A stretch of DNA of 64,000 bases, from IMG/VR virus record IMGVR_UViG_3300044732_000704, positions 1 through 64,000 of that record; one strand, written 5' to 3'. The DNA is from a virus. The position numbers and the translations under genes were made by a program. The notes beneath the pieces were generated by a model. That model was not told the origin of the DNA. It ran no database searches and was given only the letters and a program-made list of their open reading frames with translations. How positions within the stretch are numbered: the first letter of the stretch is position 1; each line of letters opens with the position of its first letter. Below, one piece after another: positions 1 to 9,301 of this stretch.

Positions 1-506
1 ACCAAGTAATTCAAACACCGACAACAGAATATGGTTTCACTTATGTTGGTACTATCAGGGTAAAACTTGATAACACCGCAATGACAACTGTAATCAATTC
101 TGATGCCCCTGCTTTTGACCACAGAGGACTGACCTTTAGGTCAGATCCTAACGCTCACCCAGCGTCATCTATTGACACAACTGGCGGTAGAACAGTTCAG
201 CAGATGTTTAGTCTTGCTAAAGTATTGTCTACTTCAGGTGCATTGATTGTCGGTGAGAATAATATTGTTACTGGCAACACTACACAAACATTACCTTCTA
301 TCTCCGGCTTAGCTGCTGGCAGTAAAGTAGAAGTATATAAAGCTTCAGGTAATGTAGTAACAGTCCAATGTAATAATATTGCTACTGAACAAATTAGAGT
401 TGGTAATAGTGCTGCTGACGCAGCGGATTATGACTCTTTTGTATTAGACACAAATTCCCGTTTTGTATTCACATGGACAGGAACTGTATGGGAGTGTAAT
501 TTCTAA
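1..506 (+). CDS. Tail fibre-associated protein, C-terminal part (5'-partial)
   Basis: The frame of ORF 81..506 is open back to nt 3, so it runs off the window. Its beta-rich C-terminus (FVFTWTGTVWE) is paralogous to the next ORF. Confidence 0.6.
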   Translation, partial: QVIQTPTTEYGFTYVGTIRVKLDNTAMTTVINSDAPAFDHRGLTFRSDPNAHPASSIDTTGGRTVQQMFSLAKVLSTSGALIVGENNIVTGNTTQTLPSISGLAAGSKVEVYKASGNVVTVQCNNIATEQIRVGNSAADAADYDSFVLDTNSRFVFTWTGTVWECNF

Positions 507-811
507 TGGCTGGTCAAGGTAAGGCTTCATTAGTTAGAGATAAATATAAAGTATTATCCGCTAACTCAAATACTGTGGCTAGTTGGACATATCATGTTAC
601 AACAGCTTCAACAATTACGTTACCAAATACATCAACATTATCTGTTGGTGACAAGGTAACATTTACAAAGAAAATAGGTGTTGTTCCTACAATTCAGCGT
701 TTCGGCAGTACAGTATTAATCAAGACAAGTCTGGGGACAGATTCTAGTGTTTTGTTTGATATTGAAGCTGAGATTATTTTTGTATGGAATGGTACGGAGT
801 GGGAGGTATAA
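506..811 (+). CDS. Tail fibre-associated small beta protein
   Basis: TITLP...GDKVTF...FVWNGTEWEV motif shared with the upstream ORF; overlapping stop/start. Confidence 0.55.
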   Translation: MAGQGKASLVRDKYKVLSANSNTVASWTYHVTTASTITLPNTSTLSVGDKVTFTKKIGVVPTIQRFGSTVLIKTSLGTDSSVLFDIEAEIIFVWNGTEWEV

Positions 812-1240
812 ATGCCTATTAGTTTAAAAGCAGCGTCAGGTGGCGGAGGTCTTCCTCGCCTTGCCCCAGATCTGAATTTTCCATCTCAGATAGGGAGCTT
901 GGGTACTAAGCAAGTGGTTATCAACAACGCTAGTACAGGACTTCGTACACTGTTGTCTTTGAGCGGTAAGTTCTCTATAAAACAATTATCTATTTCTGGA
1001 TTAACCGCTGCCGAGAATATTATAATACGTTGTGTCATTGATTCTGAAGAAATTTGGAATACTACATTCTCGTCTGGAGGAATTGACCCTTTGTATTTAT
1101 TGTCGCCCGCTACAATATCAGCAGGACAAGGAATGTCAATTTCTGAAGAAATTATGTGCAATTCTTCTTTTAGTTTACAAATACAAACTACTACAGTAAA
1201 TACAGTAACGCTCCAGTACCATGTCAGGCCAATAAAATGA
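812..1240 (+). CDS. Hypothetical virion/tail protein
   Basis: Tightly packed in the tail operon; N-terminal Gly linker. Confidence 0.5.
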   Translation: MPISLKAASGGGGLPRLAPDLNFPSQIGSLGTKQVVINNASTGLRTLLSLSGKFSIKQLSISGLTAAENIIIRCVIDSEEIWNTTFSSGGIDPLYLLSPATISAGQGMSISEEIMCNSSFSLQIQTTTVNTVTLQYHVRPIK

Positions 1241-1569
1241 AGAAAATATTTGATAATGGCACTCACGCTATATTCACTGACGGAGAGCCTGCTGAACCAG
1301 AGAAACATCATAGGATTACTATTCAGGCAGCGAAACTTCGATTTACTCCAGAAGAAAGGACCACTATTCGCCTGTTGACCTCCACCAACCCTGCGGTGTT
1401 TGACTTCTACGACATATTGGATTCCGGCTTCTATGTAGACTTGAAACGTAATGAGTTTAAGCAGGGACTTCTCTATTTAAAAAGCATCGAAGTCCTTACA
1501 GAAGAACGTGTAAACCAAATACTAAACTCTCCAATATTAGAAACAGAAATTTATAGAGGTGCTTTATGA
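1237..1569 (+). CDS. Tail fibre assembly-like protein
   Basis: RFTxEER motif typical of fibre-adjacent genes; ATGA overlap. Confidence 0.5.
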   Translation: MKKIFDNGTHAIFTDGEPAEPEKHHRITIQAAKLRFTPEERTTIRLLTSTNPAVFDFYDILDSGFYVDLKRNEFKQGLLYLKSIEVLTEERVNQILNSPILETEIYRGAL

Positions 1570-1952
1570 AAGGCTACAAACCCGACGGCGCAGATTTTAA
1601 TTTTGTAAGCGGTGGATATAAATGTGCAGTCGGTATCAACGCAGATACGGATGATGAATGGCATATCTATATGACCAAACAGAAGTCAGCAGGTGGGGCT
1701 ACAGAAACTTATCAAGATTGGGAATTGGTGTATGTGTGGTCAGATGCACAACGCCTGATTGTTGAAAAATACAAAGGTGATTTTAAAGGGATGTTTGATG
1801 CTTTTGGTAAAGAAGCAGCACCTACATTAAAGAAAATGACTGGTGGTACATTACCAGAGATCCCAACAGACGTTATCGGTAAACTGTTCTGGCACGTCCG
1901 TTACAAACTGTCTTTTCGTCCTGACACGTTTGAAGTCTTTCATCAGGGATAA
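1566..1952 (+). CDS. Hypothetical protein
   Basis: ORF with GAGG RBS and overlap coupling. Confidence 0.6.
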   Translation: MKGYKPDGADFNFVSGGYKCAVGINADTDDEWHIYMTKQKSAGGATETYQDWELVYVWSDAQRLIVEKYKGDFKGMFDAFGKEAAPTLKKMTGGTLPEIPTDVIGKLFWHVRYKLSFRPDTFEVFHQG

Positions 1953-1955
1953 AAT

Positions 1956-2405
1956 ATGCAAACGGTTAGGTTGATTGTTGGTAAAGGTAAGAACCCATTC
2001 AGTTATGCAATCAAAGCTGTAACAGATAGTCGCTGGAGCCATATTGGTTTAGTAGCTGGTGATTATGTATATGAGTCAGCAGCATTCAAAGGGGTTGTTA
2101 AGACTCCTCTGATTGAATTCAAGCAACGCTACAGAGGTGATTGGGAAATCATTGAAGTAGATGTTACTGACGCTAACGAAGTGTACACAACAGCTAAATC
2201 ACTGCTAGGTTGTGGCTATGATTACTTTGGTGTATTCGGTTTAGCTTTCCGACTCAACCTCTCTGTTGATAAGCGGTATCAGTGTGCTGAATACATTGCT
2301 GAATGTTTGGGTATTCGATTAGATAAATGCTACAAAGCCACTCCTGAAGGGATTTGGTTATATAGGGGCAAAACATTATTTAAAGGAGTTAAAGGTGAGT
2401 TTTGA
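1956..2405 (+). CDS. Permuted papain-like (YiiX/YebB, NlpC/P60) enzyme
   Basis: WSHIG His motif, YD motif and C-terminal YQCAE Cys motif in permuted order. Confidence 0.75.
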   Translation: MQTVRLIVGKGKNPFSYAIKAVTDSRWSHIGLVAGDYVYESAAFKGVVKTPLIEFKQRYRGDWEIIEVDVTDANEVYTTAKSLLGCGYDYFGVFGLAFRLNLSVDKRYQCAEYIAECLGIRLDKCYKATPEGIWLYRGKTLFKGVKGEF

Positions 2406-2694
2406 AGTGTTTATGGTAAAGTTTGGACAATGGGGATGGGCCGGTCTCATAGCCGTGGGTGGATGGTTATGGAACAAACAGGATGCTAAAATCAGCAAAC
2501 TGGAAACAGCACATAAAGAATTCATTACCTCTGAAGAAGCTAAGAAAATGGTACAAGAAATTATCGAACCAATCCGAGCTGAACAGAAGGAATTGAAAGT
2601 AGACTTAAAACACGTCCTCACCGCCGTCTTAGAGATTCAGAAAGAGATGGCGGTTCAGACAGCTCTACAGAAAGAAAGAAACCAATCTAAATAA
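2395..2694 (+). CDS. Single-TM coiled-coil protein (holin/antiholin-like)
   Basis: N-terminal hydrophobic helix plus coiled coil, upstream of the endolysin. Confidence 0.5.
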   Translation: MSFEVFMVKFGQWGWAGLIAVGGWLWNKQDAKISKLETAHKEFITSEEAKKMVQEIIEPIRAEQKELKVDLKHVLTAVLEIQKEMAVQTALQKERNQSK

Positions 2695-2695
2695 T

Positions 2696-2724
2696 TTGAC
2701 ACACGAAAAGGAACGGATTATGAT
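2696..2724 (+). promoter_or_regulatory. sigma70-type promoter of the lysis region
   Basis: TTGACA-17 bp-TATGAT. Confidence 0.55.
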
Positions 2725-2797
2725 TGAATATAAATATAGTTTTCAGCCGGGTGAAGAGCCACCACCAGAGAAAGAAGATCCGCCAAAACAAGACTAA
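2720..2797 (+). CDS. 25-aa Pro/acidic peptide MIEYKYSFQPGEEPPPEKEDPPKQD
   Basis: AAGGA RBS; stop abuts the next RBS; below the ORF-track cutoff. Confidence 0.5.
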   Translation: MIEYKYSFQPGEEPPPEKEDPPKQD

Positions 2798-2806
2798 GGA
2801 GAAACA

Positions 2807-3199
2807 ATGACACTAATTACTTTATTATTTATGTGCATTATCTTACTTTTAAGTAAGGATGAAGACATTAAGTTAATGATATTAATTAGTGGTTGTATGT
2901 TTTTCTCTGAGTATTTGTTCTGGTTATCAGACAGCCAGTTTTATTATTTTAGGCACATTGTCTTGAATGTAATTCTGGCTGTTATTTGTTTCAAGTTTAA
3001 TCGTACAGATTTCAGGTGGGCTGGTATTATTTGTTTGATGTATTCTTCTGTGTTTCTTTTTGAATTTCTACATGAATACAAATCTCCTATATACCACTAC
3101 CTACATACAATACAAATCGTGATGATGCAGCTATACCTGCTGGCTCTCACATATAAGAGTGAGTGGAAATTACCATGTCGAAGACAGCAGAGAACGTAA
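2807..3199 (+). CDS. Multi-pass membrane protein
   Basis: AAGGAG RBS; 4-5 hydrophobic segments. Confidence 0.65.
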   Translation: MTLITLLFMCIILLLSKDEDIKLMILISGCMFFSEYLFWLSDSQFYYFRHIVLNVILAVICFKFNRTDFRWAGIICLMYSSVFLFEFLHEYKSPIYHYLHTIQIVMMQLYLLALTYKSEWKLPCRRQQRT

Positions 3200-3648
3200 T
3201 CACTATTGAAGAAGGCTGGTCAAGCCGTCAATATTACTGCTCGGAACACTACGTGACTACAGGGTACGGACGTAAGGTTTCAGACAAGAAGAATGCACCT
3301 TTAACAAACGAAGTAACAACAAAAGAAAAAGAGATTATCTTCGTCAAAGAAAAGATTCGTGAGTTATCCTACGCATTAATGTCACGTTATAGTGTTGCTT
3401 GGAATAAATGCAATCAAGCTAGACAAGCGATCCTTATTTCTATGGCATATCAGCTTGGTCTTACTGGCGTATCTCAATTTCAAAAGATGTGGATGGCTCT
3501 AAGCAATGGAGACTTTGGCTTGGCGGCTAAAGAGATGTTAAATAGTAAATGGGCTAAGCAAACTCCTAACAGAGCTAAGCGTCATGTAGAGCAAATGGAA
3601 CGTGGGGAAATCATTCGCTATTATCTCACTAACGGAGAGATTCCGTAA
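3175..3648 (+). CDS. Endolysin, T4-lysozyme-like (GH24)
   Basis: EEG...T.GYG catalytic region, MAYQLG, and SKWAKQTPNRAKR, which matches T4 lysozyme SRWYNQTPNRAKR. Confidence 0.9.
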   Translation: MSKTAENVITIEEGWSSRQYYCSEHYVTTGYGRKVSDKKNAPLTNEVTTKEKEIIFVKEKIRELSYALMSRYSVAWNKCNQARQAILISMAYQLGLTGVSQFQKMWMALSNGDFGLAAKEMLNSKWAKQTPNRAKRHVEQMERGEIIRYYLTNGEIP

Positions 3649-3658
3649 TACGCTCTGT

Positions 3659-3743
3659 AACGCTCTACAATCAATTATATTAATTCCCTACACATTCGTA
3701 TTCCCTTCACGAGATAATCTACTGTAGCGCTTCCTAGAGCGTT
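3659..3743 (+). repeat. Dispersed ~85-bp intergenic element, copy A
   Basis: CTACAATCAATTAT at 3665 and CCTAGAGCGTT at 3733; terminal inverted repeat AACGCTCTA/TAGAGCGTT. Confidence 0.8.
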
Positions 3744-3771
3744 ATATCGCTATTCAAATAGGAATCCTCTC

Positions 3772-3987
3772 ATGGGTAAAGTATTCACTAAAAGCTTTCT
3801 TACTAAGCTCAAAAAGAGTAAGACGATGCTGTTTAATATGCTCTTAGCATTCATCGGCATCCTAGAATATAACTTACATCTGTTTTATGATGTTCTTGGA
3901 GAGCATTACGGTATCGTATTTGTTATCATCGCTACGGTAGGCGCATATTTAAGGATGGTCACAACGGAGAGTATTGAGGACAAATAA
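3772..3987 (+). CDS. Holin-like two-TM protein
   Basis: Two TM helices and a basic N-terminus; follows the endolysin. Confidence 0.65.
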   Translation: MGKVFTKSFLTKLKKSKTMLFNMLLAFIGILEYNLHLFYDVLGEHYGIVFVIIATVGAYLRMVTTESIEDK

Positions 3988-6425
3988 TGGCTGATGTAAT
4001 TAAGACGATTGGTGCTGCTGGATCTGGTGCTGATTTCGCAAACTATCAAACTTGGTTTGCTGCTAGAACTGGTGGTGCGGGAGATAGGTACATCGGTGAG
4101 ATTATTACCACAACCGGAGGTCTGAGTACAGGGTTAGCTACCACAGGCAACTATGCGATGGAGGTTGTGATCCGTGCAGCAGCAGGATTAGAGTTTGATC
4201 CTACAGACCCCACAAAAGCCCACGCTATCATCTCTGCCGGTGGCGGTATCAACATACCGAGTACTGGTTCAGCAAAATTAACTATCGAAAACATTGAAGT
4301 ACGTGGTACAAGCACTAACCCAACAACATCGCTGATTAATACCGGCAGTGCTGTAGCGAATGTAACAATTCGTGGTTGTTGGTTGCGCGGCGGCAGGCAT
4401 GGTTGCCAAAATTCTGTATCTGGTGGCACACTACTGGTTGAAAATACGGTTGTTGAGGGTGCGTATCGGGCGGGCATTCAAGCGGCTTTTGCAGGTGTGA
4501 CAGCACGCAACGTGGTGATCGCTGGGTGTAACATTGAAGCCGGCACCACTGCGTCATATTGCGGGATGCGCAAAGACGTCGCGGGCACCGTGATCGAAAA
4601 CGTGGTCGCCTACGGCAACAGTGTGGTGGACTTCTTTGGCGCAACCACAGCAGCTACAGTTAGTTTCATGGCATCAGGAGATACTAGTGCATCTGGTACT
4701 GGTGCATTAACTGGTGTTACCTCAGCGGCGTTCACTAACTACGCTGGTGATGTCTTCACGGCTGCAACTGGTGGCGTGCTGGATGGTACTGGTCCTTCTG
4801 GTAATGACCGTGGTATTGTAACATCATCAAACCCTACCATTCTTTTAGTTACTCCAGCAACAGACGTATTTTTAGCTCGTGATAAAGCAACCAATAAAGG
4901 TAACATTGCCGTATCGGGTACTTGCACTAGCTTAGGTGTTGGTGCAACAATCGAAGCAAGATTTAATGGTGGTGCTTGGCAAGTAGTTGATGCAGCCCCT
5001 ACAACAACGTTCAGTGGTACGCTAACCAACCAAGCCTGTGGTGTCGGTGCTGTAGAAGTACGTGTATCAAACTTCGTGACTGCTACAGATAGTCATGCTA
5101 ATGTTGCAGTTGGTGCTAAATTCTTATTCTGGGGCCAATCAAACTACTCAGGTAGAGCTAACAATCCTCAGACATACACTGGACCAGTAGGTTGGTGGCG
5201 TAAACGCACCATAGAAACTAATACTCAAGTAACAGCCACTGCTGACCCATTTGATACATATACAGTTAACGGTTCTATATTCCCACTACTGGCAACTAAC
5301 CTCACAGCAGCACTTAATTGTCCAGTATTGTTTATCGGCGTTGCTGCGGGCGGTACATCGTTAGCTCAATGGCAACCTAGTCAAGCGCTAAATAACCGAA
5401 TGCTGACATTCTATAATGCAGAAGCAGCTACGGGACACGTTGAAGTAGTATCCAGTTGGATAGGTGAAGGTGATTCAGTATTAGAAACAGCGGAAGCTGA
5501 TTTTAAATCTAGATATAACACTGTAATCGACCAACTGAAAACATTAACCGGTGCGAACAGTTTGTTGGTAGCCCCTTCAGGGGAGAATCTTACAAGCTAT
5601 GCCAATGTACGTCAGTGGATTTCGGATATAGCTGAGACAAGTGCTAATACCGCACCAAATGAAGTGCAGATTTGGCCTCTGTATCAAAAGATACATTATG
5701 AAACAGACACTGAAACACAGTTAGCTGCTACAGCCGTATTCAATGGTTTGATTTCAAGTTTTTATGACCACGGTTTCGATGAAACTTTAACTAAAACCGA
5801 CATCACCACAACGTATGAGAACTTGACACTCAATGCTGGCTATTCAGGTAATGCAGCTAAGACTTCATACACATATGTCGGTAAGCAATTAACCTTAGAC
5901 TCTGGCACTTCTGTAGGTTTTAGTGGTAGTGTAACCAAGACAACCGTTACATTACAGAGTAAGAACCAAACGTTCTCTGGAGGTTATTCAAGTGATTGCG
6001 GGCTTACATCACTGTCCTTGGTAGGTAAGCAGTTAACCCTGTCGTCTGGAAGCGCTATAAGTTTTGAAGGGTCTTTATTAAAGACATCTGTGCCGATTAC
6101 ATTCAAATCGTTAACTTTATCATCAGGTGTCTCTGTGAGCTTCGAAGGTGATGTAGTTAAACTGCCTTTGAATGTTGAGCTGAAGACTTTAGCGCTTGAG
6201 ACCGGCACTAATTTACCATTTGAAGGTAGCGTTGTCAAACGTAATATCACATTACTGAGTAAACAACCGACATTATCTACTGGTTTGGATTTAGACGTAG
6301 TTAAAAACACATACACGTTTGGTTATAAGACATTAGAAATGTCTCAATCAGTTTTTTACCCAATAGACACTGCACGGATATATTTCGTTGGTGGATCTAA
6401 AAACAAAACATTTTACATAAAATAA
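3987..6425 (+). CDS. Virion fibre/spike: beta-helix + SGNH/SASA carbohydrate esterase + C-terminal repeats
   Basis: Parallel beta-helix pattern; FWGQSN, GGTSL and WIGEGD SGNH blocks; K-x-L-T-L-x-S-G repeats. Confidence 0.75.
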   Translation: MADVIKTIGAAGSGADFANYQTWFAARTGGAGDRYIGEIITTTGGLSTGLATTGNYAMEVVIRAAAGLEFDPTDPTKAHAIISAGGGINIPSTGSAKLTIENIEVRGTSTNPTTSLINTGSAVANVTIRGCWLRGGRHGCQNSVSGGTLLVENTVVEGAYRAGIQAAFAGVTARNVVIAGCNIEAGTTASYCGMRKDVAGTVIENVVAYGNSVVDFFGATTAATVSFMASGDTSASGTGALTGVTSAAFTNYAGDVFTAATGGVLDGTGPSGNDRGIVTSSNPTILLVTPATDVFLARDKATNKGNIAVSGTCTSLGVGATIEARFNGGAWQVVDAAPTTTFSGTLTNQACGVGAVEVRVSNFVTATDSHANVAVGAKFLFWGQSNYSGRANNPQTYTGPVGWWRKRTIETNTQVTATADPFDTYTVNGSIFPLLATNLTAALNCPVLFIGVAAGGTSLAQWQPSQALNNRMLTFYNAEAATGHVEVVSSWIGEGDSVLETAEADFKSRYNTVIDQLKTLTGANSLLVAPSGENLTSYANVRQWISDIAETSANTAPNEVQIWPLYQKIHYETDTETQLAATAVFNGLISSFYDHGFDETLTKTDITTTYENLTLNAGYSGNAAKTSYTYVGKQLTLDSGTSVGFSGSVTKTTVTLQSKNQTFSGGYSSDCGLTSLSLVGKQLTLSSGSAISFEGSLLKTSVPITFKSLTLSSGVSVSFEGDVVKLPLNVELKTLALETGTNLPFEGSVVKRNITLLSKQPTLSTGLDLDVVKNTYTFGYKTLEMSQSVFYPIDTARIYFVGGSKNKTFYIK

Positions 6426-6436
6426 AGGAAGACAAC

Positions 6437-6880
6437 ATGGCCGTAGGCGCATTTACTTTACTGAACACCGGCAAAGAAGCTTTAACGACTGATAATGCCA
6501 ATCAAATTAACTGGGTATCTGACACCATCGTTGGTGTATTGGTCACTCAAGCACATACTCCAGCATTGACTCATAGCACATACGCTGACATCTCTGCTAA
6601 CATCACTGCTGATGCCAACTACGCCCCTGCTGTTGTTACAGGCAAGACTTGTGTACGTACAGCAGATAAAATCTTGTGGGATTGTGATAACGTTAGCTTT
6701 GGTGATCCTGTCACTATTACCGCTAAATATCTCTACTGGGTGAAACGCGCTGGTGGTGCTTTGACTGGCACTGACCAACTAATTGGTTACGTAGATTTAA
6801 ACGTAGGCGCAGGTTTATCTGGCTCATCTACTAACTCGCTGTTCCGAGTAAACACTCCAGATGGTTTATTCGAAATCTAA
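6437..6880 (+). CDS. Virion structural protein
   Basis: INWxSDTI...LIGYVD type phage fibre-associated protein. Confidence 0.6.
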   Translation: MAVGAFTLLNTGKEALTTDNANQINWVSDTIVGVLVTQAHTPALTHSTYADISANITADANYAPAVVTGKTCVRTADKILWDCDNVSFGDPVTITAKYLYWVKRAGGALTGTDQLIGYVDLNVGAGLSGSSTNSLFRVNTPDGLFEI

Positions 6881-6892
6881 CAAGGAGTTTTT

Positions 6893-7204
6893 ATGCTGTA
6901 CATCAACAAAGATGTTCACGAAAAACTGGATTACCTATTCGTTCGGGATGTAGACGAAGACATCACCGGTGTGCAGTATTTCCTTGACCCATCAGCAACC
7001 ATTGTTGTGGAGAGTTGTGTTGTACCGAATCAACCAACCACTGACACACAAGGTAATGAATATCCTGCAAAACGTACAATTCTTTTGTGGGTGAGTGGTG
7101 GTACGGCTGGTACAGTAAGTCAACTGAGAATACAGTACACCACTGCTGGTGGTCGTATTCTGGACGAAGAATTAGCCTTCAGATTGTCAGAAGACGGCTG
7201 CTAA
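6893..7204 (+). CDS. Fibre-tail adaptor-like protein
   Basis: KD..EKLDY...WVSGGTAG...TTAGGR motif. Confidence 0.6.
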   Translation: MLYINKDVHEKLDYLFVRDVDEDITGVQYFLDPSATIVVESCVVPNQPTTDTQGNEYPAKRTILLWVSGGTAGTVSQLRIQYTTAGGRILDEELAFRLSEDGC

Positions 7205-7221
7205 TCTAACAGGAGATTGTT

Positions 7222-7452
7222 ATGTCAGCAGAATCTATCGTAGAGATTTATAGAACACAGGAACGCCGTGACGAGCATTTCTTTGTCTCAGCAGTAACAA
7301 TCTCATATTTCGGAAGAACCGCATTCATTCAAGGACTCTCTGGTACATTCACAATCAAGTGCTGGAGAGAACTTACTGAATACTTGATGACTAAAGATAT
7401 TGACCAAGTTCAGTATTACAGACATGGGTTCTTACGTACAATTTATCGTTAA
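7222..7452 (+). CDS. Hypothetical protein
   Basis: AGGAG RBS; last gene before the terminator. Confidence 0.6.
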   Translation: MSAESIVEIYRTQERRDEHFFVSAVTISYFGRTAFIQGLSGTFTIKCWRELTEYLMTKDIDQVQYYRHGFLRTIYR

Positions 7453-7455
7453 AAC

Positions 7456-7480
7456 AAAGCCCGCTAAATGCGGGCTTTTT
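7456..7480. terminator. Bidirectional intrinsic terminator
   Basis: AAAGCCCGC-TAAAT-GCGGGCTTTTT between convergent genes. Confidence 0.85.
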
Positions 7481-7488
7481 CATTTGTG

Positions 7489-7677
7489 TTATTTACAGAC
7501 AGTAACCTTCTGTTTAGACTTCTTGTCAACAACAATCTGACAAACCTTCTTCCTTCCAGCTCTATCCTTCATCACAACTGTCTTAACTGGTTTACCTTTT
7601 ACAACAACATCTTTCTGTGCTGCTTCAGATGGAACAGTGTATAACATCAGGGCTAAGATTACAATAGGGATAAACAT
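7489..7677 (-). CDS. Small secreted basic protein
   Basis: Signal-peptide-like N-terminus (SEA-A). Confidence 0.55.
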   Translation of the reverse strand: MFIPIVILALMLYTVPSEAAQKDVVVKGKPVKTVVMKDRAGRKKVCQIVVDKKSKQKVTVCK

Positions 7678-7678
7678 G

Positions 7679-8392
7679 TTATTTATCCTCCGGCATGCGT
7701 AGGAATCCTAAGTCATATAGTTTTGCTATACCTTCCGCATCACCAAGTGCTGATGCAAATACATCAATAGCTCCATTGATTGTTCTGTTTCTTAATTTCC
7801 GCTCTGCTTCGGCTTTGCGATTCCAGTCTAAAGGTCTAGCTTCACCACTCCAGAATAAGTTACGACCATCAGCTAATTGTTTTTCATAAAACACAGCAAA
7901 CGATCCAGATAACGGATGTTTACTTTTTACTACTTCTGCTACTAACCAATCTTCTTGGTACAATACCTCACATACACAACCTTCTTTCGGGTTTCTCAAC
8001 ATCTTATGGTTGTCATAGTCATACCAATCATCAGTCAAGGATTCCTTGGTAACTGACTCATCATGAGGTTTGTATTCAGTGTCAATGATTTTGAATGAGA
8101 GAATACCGTTCCAGTTTAACATATATACTCTTGTTTCAGCGGAATCTTGCGAATCCGTCCATCTAATTTTTACATTGTCGGGTAAATCAGGCTTCTTGCC
8201 ATTAGTCAGATATTCGATGCCATAACGATAGCCATTCAAACCATTGTTCAATGGTGTTAAGTCTGTACGACAATAGTATCTTCCCCCTGCGGTGTAAACA
8301 CCATTATCTGTTGTTATTTTTTCTATAAACACAAAACACCCTGATATATGCCTAACCACAGCCCCAACTACACACCAATCTTTCTCGCTCAT
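7679..8392 (-). CDS. Hypothetical protein
   Basis: 237-aa ORF with GGAGG RBS. Confidence 0.7.
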   Translation of the reverse strand: MSEKDWCVVGAVVRHISGCFVFIEKITTDNGVYTAGGRYYCRTDLTPLNNGLNGYRYGIEYLTNGKKPDLPDNVKIRWTDSQDSAETRVYMLNWNGILSFKIIDTEYKPHDESVTKESLTDDWYDYDNHKMLRNPKEGCVCEVLYQEDWLVAEVVKSKHPLSGSFAVFYEKQLADGRNLFWSGEARPLDWNRKAEAERKLRNRTINGAIDVFASALGDAEGIAKLYDLGFLRMPEDK

Positions 8393-8608
8393 TTAAATCC
8401 CCTCCAGTAAATATTGTTGTTCATATTTGTCATTGTAATGTTCATCAAAATAACACAAAGCTGGATTACCGTCAAGAGTGCTTAAACGTTTATGTTCTTT
8501 CGTAGCCATCTGACTGCACACAGTACGAATACAAGCACCTAATGTAATAAGCTGACTATGTTCGTGGTATAAGTCCCAAGCTTGTGCTAGGATCTGTTGC
8601 TTAGTCAT
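8393..8608 (-). CDS. Hypothetical protein
   Basis: GAGGAG RBS. Confidence 0.6.
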   Translation of the reverse strand: MTKQQILAQAWDLYHEHSQLITLGACIRTVCSQMATKEHKRLSTLDGNPALCYFDEHYNDKYEQQYLLEGI

Positions 8609-8622
8609 GATGTTCTCCTCAA

Positions 8623-8997
8623 TTAAACAAAACGAACGTTAGTTATTACTCGTTGTTCTTCTACGGCATAACCGTGCTGAAGCATTAACTTTAACCAGAA
8701 ACTAGATACTTCATGTTTAGTGCTTGTCATACATTGGTATCTAATCTCCTTTGTGAATTCTTTAACACATTCTTCTAGAGAAGTACATTCAGACATGTTG
8801 ATGCTTGCCCACATGTCTGCATCACCATAAGGGCTGTAGTTTACCCTACCATCCACCAACTCAGTAGCTATGTACATAGGGTATTCTGTTCGTGTAGCTA
8901 AATCGAACACTACGGTTCCATTAACAGCTTTGATTTCGACATCACAACCGCAAAGAACTAAATATTTAACAATATCTAGCACAGTAAAATCAGTCAT
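8623..8997 (-). CDS. Hypothetical protein (start moved to MTDF)
   Basis: AAGGAG RBS before ATG 8997. Confidence 0.65.
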   Translation of the reverse strand: MTDFTVLDIVKYLVLCGCDVEIKAVNGTVVFDLATRTEYPMYIATELVDGRVNYSPYGDADMWASINMSECTSLEECVKEFTKEIRYQCMTSTKHEVSSFWLKLMLQHGYAVEEQRVITNVRFV

Positions 8998-9007
8998 AAT
9001 TCTCTCC

Positions 9008-9187
9008 TTAAACTTGTCTAATATGTTTAATATGAATCTCGTACTTCTCGTCTTCATGTAACATCTGACCAAAGAAGAACGCAGCATCGATCTCATCGAA
9101 TGCAGTAATTTGGTATTCTCCAGTTGTAGTAATGATGTTATCATCTACAATGGTGTGTTTAGTGAAATGTATTTCATAAAGTTTCAT
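9008..9187 (-). CDS. Hypothetical protein (start moved to MKLY)
   Basis: AGGAG RBS, downstream of a promoter. Confidence 0.6.
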   Translation of the reverse strand: MKLYEIHFTKHTIVDDNIITTTGEYQITAFDEIDAAFFFGQMLHEDEKYEIHIKHIRQV

Positions 9188-9214
9188 CAGGTATCTCCTA
9201 TATTTGTTGAGATA

Positions 9215-9243
9215 AGAATACACACAAGCACATTTAATGTCAA
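9215..9243 (-). promoter_or_regulatory. sigma70-type promoter
   Basis: TTGACA-17 bp-TATTCT. Confidence 0.7.
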
Positions 9244-9260
9244 CATTTATTTTAGGCAAT

Positions 9261-9284
9261 AAAAAGCCCCGCATGAGCGGGGCT
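9261..9284 (-). terminator. Intrinsic terminator after nrdB
   Basis: AGCCCCGC stem plus U-tract on the minus strand. Confidence 0.8.
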
Positions 9285-9301
9285 AGGTTCTGATAATTCT
9301 A

